This document shows, in pieces, positions 23,438-34,319 of a stretch of DNA of 34,652 bases (positions are counted from its first letter, which is position 1; each line of letters begins with the position of its first letter). The notes beneath the pieces are model-generated. The model saw nothing but the letters and a program-made list of their open reading frames with translations. It ran no database searches and had not been told where the DNA came from. The stretch spans positions 17,299,158 to 17,333,809 of the forward strand of contig NC_069004.1 in the NCBI RefSeq assembly GCF_001194135.2. The letters are read 5' to 3'. Source of the stretch: Octopus bimaculoides (lineage: Eukaryota). The translations under genes were made by a program, and so were the position numbers.

Positions 23438-25140
23438 TCATCATCATCATCATTGTTCATGTTTAACGCTTGCTTTCCATGCTGGCATGGGTTGGATGGT
23501 TTGACAGAAACTGGCCAGACAGGAGACTGCACCAAGCTATGGTGTCTGTGTTGGCATTGTGGATGCCCTTCCTAACACCAACCACCCCACAAAGTGGGCT
23601 GAGTGCTTTTTACATGGTACAAGCACAGATGAGGTCAGTTTTGGCATGGTTTTTACAGCTGGATGCCCTTCCAAATGCTAACCAGTTTACGTGGTACCAG
23701 CACTGGCAGGGTCAGCAAGTAACTTGCAAGACAAAGGTCCTTTGAAAGGGAGGAGACATTGGAGGAGGTGATCTTGTGTCAGATGATGAAAGGTTAGAGT
23801 GTGACCATAGAGACAGAGAGACAGGAACAGGTGTTTTGTTGTAGAGGAGGTACATGATTACCCTGCCAGAGAGAAAGAGAGAGAGAGAGAGAATGAGGAC
23901 AGAAACAGGTGTCTTGCTATAGAGGAGGTACGTGACTACCCGGCCAGAGAGAGATGGGAAAGTGAGAGGAAGAGAGCAGTAGAGAGAGGACAGAAACAGG
24001 TGTGTTGATGTAAAGGAGATCCTTGGTTACCTAGCTAGAGGGAAAAGCAAGAGAAGGAGAGAGAGTGATCAAGAACAAGGGTAGAAACAGGTGTGCTGTT
24101 GTAGAGGAGATACATGGCTACCCAGCAAGAGGGAAGAGCAAGGGAAAGAGAGAGGGAGAGAGAGAGTGGAAGACAGCAAAAGTGCAAGAGAGAACAAGAG
24201 AGAAATGGTAGCAAAGTGTCAGGGCATACTCACAACAAGCAGGAATCAGAATGTCTATGGAATGGTAGAATAAAAGAAGAGAGAGATACATGGTGGTAAG
24301 TGCCAAGGCATACCCTGAAGGTATAGAGGTCATAATATAAGTGGCAGGATACTGCCAAAGAAGTGTGAGTAGGGAGTAGAGACTTCACATGGATGCACAG
24401 AGTGTGGGGGTTGGGAATGCAGTGACTGGTGAAAACCTGGGTATATAGAGGGGGTGGGGGTCTATGGAATAGCAATAATACAGTGAGCAGGGCAATGAGG
24501 ACAGGATTGGGGAGTGAGAGATAAGCATAGTGCATGAAAGAGGAAATGTGAGGAAGAGAAGAGATGTAGTTTGGTTTGTTGGGGTAGGGTGTGTGAAAAG
24601 TTTTATCATTATGTGTGGGAACACAGCATTTCTAGAACTCAGTTTCGCTGACATGGGTGGGTCTTAAGAACCTCATATTGCCAAGCATCTCGGTCCATTG
24701 TTATTTCCTCCATGTGGCTTAACATCTTCAGATTGGTCCTCACTACTTCAGTCCCACATCTTCCTGGGTCTCCCTCTTCTACAGGTACCATTCGCTTTCA
24801 GTGATCAGCACTTCTCTATACAGCTTTCTTCATTCATACGCATCGCATATCCAAACCAATGCAGTCTTCTCTCCTTCATGCTGCATTTGATTCCTCTTAT
24901 GTCCAATTTATCTCTCAACACATTTGCACTTTGTTGTACATGCACACTGATGTTGCACATCCAATGGAGCACACTGCCTTCATTTCTCTTTAGTTTACAC
25001 ATGTCTTCTGCATTTCAAGCCCATGTCTCACTACCATGGAGTATGGCCATTCATACACAAGCATCATACACTCTACCTTTCACTCTGAGACAGAACCATT
25101 GCTAATTTGGTCACCAAGGTAACAGAAACTATCTACAACC
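23438..25140 (-). mobile_element. RTE LINE 3' portion with long GA-rich 3' UTR (possibly more than one insertion)
   Basis: (GAT)n tail at ~23438-23452 and UTR homologous to 27225-27400. About four ~90-bp GACAGAAACAGGTG...TAGAGGAG units lie at 23810-24130. ORF remnant VLHWMCNISVHVQQSANVLRDKLDIRGIKCSMKERRLHWFGY at 24805-25002. Confidence 0.6.
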
Positions 25141-25539
25141 TCAAAAGGGCCTCCTGGGCATTTGAGAGAGTCTAATGTGTGCCCTTAGTACTTATCGTTC
25201 CTGCACATCTACCACATACAAGACAACTTTATCTGTTAATCTACCTGTGATTCCACTGCACCTCTTATGTGTTTATAGCTTACACTGGGTTCAGCACATG
25301 GAATTACTTCCAACTCCTTTCCTGCATACTGAGCAGGGCCATTTACCTGATGAAAGAGACTTTTACCTGCTTTCTTGCTAACAACAACTTTGGTCTTTGC
25401 TAGGTTAACTTTAAGGCCCTTTGATTTCAGGTTTTGCTTCCATGCCTGGAATCTCTTCTCTAATTCTGCTACAGTTTCTTACGGCATAGTTCCCACAGGC
25501 ATCCAGTTTTGAATTCTTCTGTTGTGATCTGGAGAATTA

Positions 25540-26090
25540 TGTCTTGTGCCATTCTGCACAGTTTTGCCAAACGTCCACCACTAGCTTCTTTGACATTATC
25601 ACTAAATCTGGATTTAAGTCTTCCTCTCGTTCTTCTGCCATATGCTGCACCTGTTAACAGGAACTTCTCAAGGTCTTGTCTTCTAAGTATGTGGCCAATA
25701 AAGGTCCATTTTCTTTTCATGATAGCCTTTCCTAGCATTTTATCTTGCGAAGGATCCACTCATTACCTCTTTTATCTTCCATCTTATTCTGAGAATGCAT
25801 CTAAAAAGCCATTGTTCAATGCTTCAATTTTCCTTTTATCAATTTTCATTATAATCCAGCATTCAGCTCTATAGATGGCTATGCTAAATATCAATGAATT
25901 GAGGAGTTGATTTTTTTTTTCACAAGGAGGTGGCCTTATCTTTCCATATGTTGTTCAGTGATGTCATTGCATCTTGGTTATGGCAAGTCTTCTCTTGATT
26001 CCATAGGTGCCATTGTAGTTATTGGTTATAAGAGCACCAAGGCACACAAATTCTTTTATGTTTTCAATATTTACATTGTTTATTGTTACA
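25540..26090 (-). mobile_element. RTE-type LINE, non-inverted 3' segment
   Basis: VTINNVNIENIKEFVCLGALITNNY...LLNSLIFSIAIYRAECW...KRKWTFIGHILRRQDLEKFLLTG..GRRTRGR...MAQD. Confidence 0.8.
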
Positions 26091-27144
26091 CAATTAGAGA
26101 ACTCAAAAGTAATAAAAGTCCTGTCTTTGATGAATTAACAATCAAGTTAATTAAAAGTGGCAATAAGCCTTTAACAGCATACTTTCACAAACTATGCATT
26201 TCAATCTGGATAAATAAAAGCTGGCCAAAGGATTGGGTTCAGTCAATATTCATACCCATTCCTGAAAAAAGATGTCCAGCAATGCAATAACAATAGAACT
26301 ATTACACTGATAAGTCACTGTAGCAAAATTCTACTTAAAAGTATCTTAAATAAAATAAAAACGAAGGTAGAAGAAATTAGTGAAAAACAGTGAGGTTTTA
26401 GACCCAGAAGAGGGAAAATAAACTAGATATTGAATCTTAACTGTTTAGCATTTAACCAGCCATATTTGGCCAAATATTCTGTCTTATTATCAAACTGTCC
26501 AGATCTGGTCTCTCACACTAACCCTACAATACCATTCTAGAAATTAACAGTTAACTCTTCAAAATCTCAAAGCTACAGTATGATGCATGATTAATGCAAA
26601 ACTGAGATTAAATAAGAATAATGTGATGGAAAAGGGTTAAAATAGTAACTGAAAAGAATCCTGACTATAATAACAATATCTTTTTATGTTTCATTGATTA
26701 CACAAAAGCCTTTGATGTCTCACATGATGTCCTATGGATCAATTTCATCAAAATGGGATTATTTTCTCATATAATTGACTGTATCAGAGACTTATATGCC
26801 AAAGAAAGCGCAGCAGTTCAAACGACCCATGGACTGGATTGACATTGAACAAGATGTCCACCAGAATTGCATCCTTTCTCTGCATCTCCTTAATATATAT
26901 TCCGAGGCAATAATGAGAGATGCACTGTATGGTTTTACTGGAAGCATCAAAATTAATGGCAAGGTCATCACAAATCTGAGGTATGCAGATGATGTAGTCC
27001 TCATGGCCAACAGAACGCAAGAACTACAGGATTCACTTGATAAAAGAAACAGTGCAAGAACTCAAGTTGGACTTCATCTTAACTCCAACAAAAGAAATGA
27101 AAATAACTAAAAGCACAACAAACAATGAACAAGATTGCATAACA
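26091..27144 (+). mobile_element. Same LINE, inverted 5' segment containing the RT core
   Basis: IRELKSNKSP...WPKDWVQSIFIPIPEK...GFRPRRG...ILNLKIVTEK...FLCFIDYTKAFD...ITNLRYADDVVLMA...GLHLNSNK. Contains stops and frameshifts. Confidence 0.85.
26441..26636. mobile_element. piggyBac-like MITE with TTAA target-site duplication
   Basis: Flanked by TTAA (26437-26440 and 26637-26640). Ends CTGTTTAGCATT...GAAAAGGG. Removing it plus one TTAA restores the LINE frame ILNLKIVTEK. Confidence 0.8.
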
Positions 27145-27173
27145 AAAAAACAATGTATATATATGTATGCTGA

Positions 27174-27216
<43 letters not shown>

Positions 27217-27224
27217 TCATCATC

Positions 27225-27995
27225 ATCATCGTTTAACGTCCGCTTTCCATGCTAGCATGGGTTGGATGATTTGACTGAGGACTGGTGAAACCGGATGGCA
27301 ACACCAGGCTCCAGTCTAATTTGGCAGAGTTTCTACAGCTGGATGCCCTTCCTAACGCCAACCACTCTGAGAGTGTAGTGGGTGCTTTTACGTGTCACCG
27401 GCATGAAGGCCAGTCAGGCGGTACTGGCAACGGCCACGCTCAAAATGGTGTATTTTATNNNNNNNNNNNNNNNNNNNNNNNNNNNNNNNNNNNNNNNNNN
27501 NNNNNNNNNNNNNNNNNNNNNNNNNNNNNNNNNNNNNNNNNNNNNNNNNNNNNNNNNNNNNNNNNNNNNNNNNNNNNNNNNNNNNNNNNNNNNNNNNNNN
27601 NNNNNNNNNNNNNNNNNNNNNNNNNNNNNNNNNNNNNNNNNNNNNNNNNNNNNNNNNNNNNNNNNNNNNNNNNNNNGATCTCGCTCGAAAGTCCTTACAC
27701 ATGCTGCAGGCACAAGTGCCAGAAGGCGACGCTGGGCACAGGTGCCATCACGATTTTGCTTGCCCCAACAGGTCTTCGCAAGCCGAGTTTCGTGTCCAAT
27801 GAAGGAGACGATGTTGGCATGGGTGCCAGTCGTCGAATTTAGTTTGATTTCGATTTCACTTGCCTCAACAGGTCTTCGCAAGCAGAGTTTAGTGTCCAAT
27901 GAAGGAAAGGTACGCATAAGTGGGCTGGCTACAACCCTGGCAAGGCCTTGGATTATGGTCTCACTTGGCTTGCTGGGTCTTCTCACGCACAGCAT
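27225..27995 (-). mobile_element. RTE LINE 3' UTR with duplicated modules, interrupted by a gap
   Basis: (GAT)n tail plus AACGTCCGCTTTCCATGCTAGCATGGG, the hairpin module at 27409-27428, and the ORF-end motif CACTTGGCTTGCTGGGTCTTCTCACGCACAGCA at ~27962-27994. Confidence 0.75.
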
Positions 27996-28750
27996 ATATA
28001 TATGTGTGGGTGTGTGTATATATTTATGTGTGTGTGTATATATATATACATGTATATATGTATGTATATACATAAGTGTGTAAGAGTAGTATATATTAAT
28101 GAGTATGTGGTGTTTTTATTATTAACTTTTGAATAATGAAATAATGTATTTCACTCATAATTATTATATTGTTCATTAAATTAAATTCAGTTGTGTTTTG
28201 TTTTGGAGAGAATAGAATATAAAGCTTTCACTTTTTTATTATAGTAGTAACTATAGAAGACTGGTGGGATTATTATTTGTATGACTTAAAGATGGGTTGT
28301 TATTTAGTATATAATCTAGTTATTGTAGGTTTGCTATTAATACCAACACAGATGTACATAAATTTATGTGTTTCTTTGTTGTTTAATTTTAAAGTTAGTG
28401 TTTAGTCTTGCCTATATTTAGATTGAATGAATGTGGTTATTAAGCTTTCACTTTTATATTATACAATGGAAGACTGTAGGAAATATTTTTTGTATGACTT
28501 AAAGGTTTGGTTGCTGTTTAGTTACATATTTAGGAGTTGGTTATAGATTTACTTATTGAATTTATTTACTGATACTGTTGTACATAGGGTAAATATGTTT
28601 GAAAGTTGTGGTTTGTTTGGTATGTTTGTTCCTAAACAACACTTATTTTAGTGCTGTTGACACCACTGGATTGAATGGTACAGTCCAAGTGTCGAAACCA
28701 TAATGATATCCGTGAGGCAGCTGATGATGTAGGTATGTGGGATTGTTAGT

Positions 28751-28795
28751 ATGGCTGTTTTTGTATATGTGGAATAGTATTATAACACATCCTTT

Positions 28796-28831
<36 letters not shown>

Positions 28832-28881
28832 AAAGGATGTGTTATAATACTATTCCACATATACAAAAACANNNNNNNNNN

Positions 28882-28916
<35 letters not shown>

Positions 28917-28961
28917 AAAGGATGTGTTATAATACTATTCCACATATACAAAAACAGCCAT
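28751..28961. repeat. Perfect inverted repeat centred on (TA)n, right arm duplicated across a 10-N gap
   Basis: The reverse complement of left arm 28751-28799 recurs at 28827-28871 (partial) and 28912-28961. Confidence 0.85.
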
Positions 28962-28993
28962 TATATATGTTATATATGAATATATACTTGTGA

Positions 28994-29030
<37 letters not shown>

Positions 29031-29078
29031 ATGTGTGTGTGTGAGTGTATATAATATGTAGGTATATATATGTTTACA

Positions 29079-29121
<43 letters not shown>

Positions 29122-29337
29122 ATGCATACATGCACATATACACACATACATGCATGGCTATGTGGTAAGAGGTCTGCTTCCCAATCACATGGTTCTGGGT
29201 CCAATCCCACTGCATGGTACTTTGGGAAAGTGTAGCCTTGTGAGTGGATTATATGAGGTTGAAAAATTGGGTCAGTTTCTGTTTGAAATTGTATTGAAAC
29301 CATTTCAATTACTATTTTTGGTTTCTTGCCAATTTAG

Positions 29338-29449
29338 CCAGAAATTACAGATGAAAGCACAAGTCGCTGACGCCTTCTTGGATAAATTCCAGCTGAAACC
29401 AGAAGAATGCAAAGTTCTGCGTGGTTCTAAAACCACTGGTCTACACAAG
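29338..29449 (+). CDS. COG6: COG6 exon 5 (112 nt)
   Basis: TTTAG|C CAG...AAG|GTAATT; (S)QKLQMKAQVADAFLDKFQLKPEECKVLRGSKTTGLHK. Confidence 0.95.
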
Positions 29450-30159
29450 GTAATTACAACTTTCCATTGTTGTTGTCTTTGCTGTTTCTCATCAAGGACA
29501 AATTTGGGATCTAGTTAAATTGCTTCACAAAATCATCCCCCTTTAATTTTGCTCAGATTGCTTTCAATTTTGGTGTATTGAGGCAACTCAGGATTTTGAT
29601 TATGATCAACCAATTTCTTTATCTCGTAAATTAAAGAATCTGATGTTATTTGGAATTAAAGTTGGGAAATTTGGGTAATTTTAGCCAATCAACAGAGAGC
29701 AAGGCATTAACAGCTTGTTACCGTGACAACTGCACGTTGTGTTGTGCTTCACTTCACCCACATCTGTGCTGCACATGTGTATGTATGTGTGGGTGTTGTG
29801 TGTGAGGAGGTATATGTGTGTGTGTGTATGTGTGTATATTTGTGTGCATGTATGTGTTATGCATGTTGTGTGTGTATGAGTATATGTGTATTCATGTGTG
29901 TGCATGTATGCGTGTTGAGTGTGTGTTGCGTGTGTGTAGGGGTATATATGTGTATTCATGTGTGTGTGCATGTATGTATGTTGTGTGTGGGATCTAGTTA
30001 AATTGATTCTCATGTATATATAAACTTATATATGAATACATACATCCACATGCACTTTTATATATTAATGATGTACATGACAGGTATACATAATACGGAA
30101 ATACGCATAAAGTAAACACAGGTAACAGATCATTTCACAAACGCTAAACTATAAATTTC

Positions 30160-30672
30160 ACAGGGTACAACCTTAAAGTTGACACCGGTGTTTCACTATT
30201 GGCTAAAAATACAGTTTTTTCGATTTTTAAACCTCTGTAACTTTTTCCTCAAATTTTTTTCTCCACAAGATCATGGATTCACAGCAACTACATCAATATA
30301 ACCGATTTTCAGATTTTTTTTACTTCCTTTTAAAAAATGCAGATTCTGTGAATCAATTTAACTAAATCCCGAATTTGTAACCTATTGTAAAGTATTTATG
30401 TGGAGCCTCTGTATTTCTTCTGAGACCATAGAACTCTACCTGAAAATTACCTGTCCATGGTGCAACTCTCAGCAAGTTTTTTTTGTAATGGAAGGTTAGC
30501 ATTGCCCATGTATATAAGCCTCCTCTAACCACACCATTGATGTTTTCCAAGGGAAAGGACAAGAATTGTTACTGCTTGGTACCAATGCTACTACAGGCGT
30601 TGTTGTCAAACTGCAAAGAGCACAGGGCATTCAAAAGAACTCTCAAACATTCAACCTATCCACCACCCTGTA
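30160..30672. mobile_element. Possible non-autonomous Tc1/mariner-derived element
   Basis: Bounded by ACAGGGT (30160) and ACCCTGTA (30665-30672). Only a 7-bp terminal match, so weak. Confidence 0.3.
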
Positions 30673-31477
30673 TTTCCATATTTGTATTTAATTTCCTGAT
30701 ATTGAAAGGATGAAAGGCTATTTTGAACTCATGGAGAACCATACCAAATACCTTGAAGATATTCTATTTTCTGGTCTACCAAGTCTCTTATAATACACCT
30801 CTTTATATTATTGTCGGCAGATTCAAAGAGCTGTTACCTGTGTTAGCAGGGTGCCTCTTCCTGCAAATGGAAATCTCTAGATTACAAATATCAAGCTGCT
30901 CTCTGAAGTAAACTGCAATTTAATATACATTATAGGTGAGGCATGGCTGTGTGGTAAGAAGTTTCTTTCTTAATCACATGGTTCTGGGTCCAGTCCCACT
31001 GCATGGCACCTTGGCCAAGTGTTTTTTCCTGTAGCCTCAAGCCAACCAAAGCTTTGTGAGTGGATTTGGTAGATGGAAACAGAAAAAGCTTATATATATA
31101 TAAGAAAAAGAGATTAAAAGATCCAGGCAGATATCAATAAAGCACTCAGGTTAAACGAATTTGGTTAACAATATCCAACAATCAGACACCAATGACTGTA
31201 AGTCGAATACACATCCAAGATAAATCCTCATGCATCACAAGTAGATCCAAATATCATTTAGACGAATTTCAAAAAATCCAGTGTATTTGAAGATAAAAAA
31301 TATATATAGACAAAAGTACATCTTTATTGTAGAATTCACCTTAAAAAGCCGACAATTGTTTCTATTGCATTTACACACACACACACACACGCACACACAA
31401 TATCACTGGAGTTAATATTTCAAAAAATATGCTGACACATTATCAAGGCAGTTCAAAATTAGTGAAATTCAAAGTGG

Positions 31478-32520
31478 ATCATCATCATCGTCATTTAATG
31501 TCTGTTTTCCATGCTGGCATGAGTTGGACAGTTGACTGAAAACTGGCAAGCTGAGGAGCTGCACCAGATTTCACTCTGATTTGGCATGGTTTCTACAGCT
31601 GGATGCTCTACCTAATGCCAGCCACTCCAAGAGTGTAGTGGGTACTTTTTACGTAGCAGTTACAAAACACTGGCATCAGCCATGACTACGATCTCACTTT
31701 GCATCACAGGTCTTCTCAAGCATGGTATATTGCCAAAGGTCTCAGTCACTTGTCACTGCCTCTGTGAGGCCCGAAGTTTGAAGTCTGCTTTTTATGTGTC
31801 ACTGGCACAGTTACCAGTTACACGACACTGGTATCAGCCACAACTGCCATTTCACTTGGCTTCACAGGTCTCCTCAAGCATGACATATCACCAAAGGTCT
31901 CAGTCACTAGTCATTGCCTACATGAGGCCCAACGGTTGAAGATTATGCTTCATCACACTGTCCCATGTCTTCTTGGTTCTACCTCTTCCACAGGTTCCCT
32001 CCACAGCTCGAGATTGGCACTTCTTCGCACAGCTGTCCTTGTCCGTATGCATTGTATGACCATACCAGCACAGTCTTATGCCAGACTTTTCTCTCAAAAT
32101 GCTTACACTGTGTCATACATGCACACTGACATTGCACATCCGGCGAAGCATATTCGCTTCATTTCTTTCAAGCCTTCGCATGTCTTTGGTGGTCACAGCT
32201 CATGTTTCATTGCTGTGTAGCATGTCTGTTTGCACACAGGCATTGTACAATCTGCTCTTCACTCTGAGGGAGAGGCCCTTTGTTACCAACAGAAGTAGGA
32301 GCTCTCTGACTTTGCCCAGCACCTATACTCTTGGAGCATACCCTTTTGCTACTGACTCGGTTACCCAGATAATGGAAGCTATCAACTACTTCTAGTTTTC
32401 CCCATTGGCATTTGACAGAGTCTCTTTTCAGTACGTTTCTAGTGTTCATTGTACTTGTGCACCTTTCACACAAAAACTGTTTTCCCTGTTAACCTTCCTC
32501 TGATATTGCTGTACCTCTTA
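31478..32520 (-). mobile_element. 5'-truncated RTE LINE with internal duplication of the ORF-end/UTR junction
   Basis: KLEVVDSFHYLG...WYGHTMHTDKDSCAKKCQS..VEGTCGRGRTKKTWD. The ORF-end motif appears twice (~31690-31780 and 31850-31935), then the UTR and a (GAT)n tail at ~31480. Confidence 0.8.
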
Positions 32521-33074
32521 TGTGTTGGTGTTGTTTTTTTTTTTATTAACTATGTTATGCTTATATACTGTACATATTGGTTTCAAATTTTAGTACAAGG
32601 CCAATAGTTTTAGGGGAGGAGCTAAGTTGATTAAATCAACCTGAGTGCTCAACTGGTACTTATGTTATCGATTCTGAAAGGATGAAAGGTAAAGTCAACC
32701 TCAGCAGAATTTGAACTCAGAATGTAGAGATGAATGAAATGCTGTTAAGCATCTTGCCTGGCTTGCTAACGATTCTACCAGTTTGCTGCCTTATACATTC
32801 TGTACATATTAATGTATACGGTGACAGAGTGTAGAAGATGCATCAGAATTTACCAAAGCAGAGGTTAATCTACCACCAACCACCACCACCACCTACGTTC
32901 ATCACTGTTCATCACAAGATTTAAGGGTCACATTTTATACTTGGTGTGTTAGGCAACCCTTTATTTTATTAGGGAAGGGGATGTTTTTAAGGTTAGAAAG
33001 TCATCTTATATTCCAGAATATATTTTTTTGTTCTGTTGTTTTGTGACTTAAAACATTGTAAAATATCATTTCAG

Positions 33075-33157
33075 GACTTCTTTAAAGTGTTGTCCAGAGT
33101 GAAACAAATCCACAACGACTGTAAAGTATTACTGCGAACCAACCAGCAGACAGCAGG
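33075..33157 (+). CDS. COG6: COG6 exon 6 (83 nt)
   Basis: TTTCAG|GAC...GG|GTAAAG; [27 protein letters not shown](G). Confidence 0.96.
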
Positions 33158-33229
33158 GTAAAGATGTAGCATTTCTTTTAAACAGATGCTTGATTGTGTT
33201 ACTATTTCTAAATAATAATTATCGTTTAA

Positions 33230-33410
33230 GGAAGGTTTGGCTGCTATGTCTAAATTGTAGAAAGTGATATGATAGAGATTTGTTTGCTGTTTCTTAATTG
33301 TTTTGTGTGATTTGAAGGAGATTTGGTCATTATTTCTAGATGATAGGATATGATTTGAGGGAGATTTGGCAGCTACTTCTAGATAATTAGGTGTGATTTG
33401 AGGAAGATAA
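33230..33410 (+). repeat. Degenerate 43-bp minisatellite, about 4 units
   Basis: GAGATTT at 33275, 33318 and 33361, with degenerate equivalents at 33232 and 33404. Confidence 0.8.
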
Positions 33411-33670
33411 GGTAGAAAAGGAAAGTGATTGAATGGAATGTTTGATATAAATTTCTAGCTGCAGTCAAAGTTCAGTGGTACGTGTTTACAGCTAGGCAGA
33501 CTGTACCACTCCATGTTGTCTGCTTGGTTGACTACATTATGATTAACATTCTGTTAATAGTAATAAATTATCTACTGACACAGCCAATACTGTACAATAA
33601 TACTGTCTGTGTTACTGTGTGGTGCCCAGTACCATGTATAGACAATAACATGATTAATTATATTATCCAG

Positions 33671-33741
33671 ATTAGAAATCATGGAATCAATGGCATTACA
33701 ACAAGAATCAGCTTACGAGCGACTTTACCGCTGGACTCAGA
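33671..33741 (+). CDS. COG6: COG6 exon 7 (71 nt); gene continues beyond the window
   Basis: ATCCAG|A TTA...CAG A|GTAAGT; LEIMESMALQQESAYERLYRWTQ. Exons 1-7 join into 664 nt of open frame. Confidence 0.96.
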
Positions 33742-34319
33742 GTAAGTTAACTTTAGTCACTGTTGTCTTTTATATATTTATATGCTAGTGTGCGTGTATG
33801 TGTGTATCTAAGAAAGATCATCATCGTTTTAATGTCCACTTTTCCATGCTCATATGGGTCAGATGGAATTCTGTTGAGGAAGATTTTTCTATAGCTGGAT
33901 GCCTTTCCTGTGCCAACCCTCATCTCTTTCCCAAGTAAAGTAATATTTCCCTATGACCAGACATATTTTTCATGGAAGTTTTGGGAGCAAAGGACACAGC
34001 TTGAATGGGAGAGGCATTCGTTTCCAAATATCACATGAAGTTAAGCCAAACTGACTATGTGACTCATTACCTTGCCAGCTTCTGTCAAACCATCCAACCC
34101 ATGCCAGCATGGAAAAACGGACGTTAAATGATGATGATGATGATGATGATATACATGCATGTACACATGCATACCTAAATGTATGTTTCTCCAGTTTATA
34201 TGTTTACATAATCACATATATATTTATATACATGTGTGTGTGTATTTATGCTTGTATGTATTTATTTTCAAGCAGTAACATTTAAATATGAATATATATA
34301 TACATAGATATATTTGTAT

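Noticed and set aside
23810-24130. Repeat-spacer-like array suggesting CRISPR
   Set aside because: Eukaryotic context, degenerate units, low-complexity GA spacers, located in a LINE-associated region, no cas genes.
28654-28712. Plus-strand GACAC...GTGTC-GAAAC hammerhead-like fold
   Set aside because: Needs at least three changes (core, triplet) and has no helix I.
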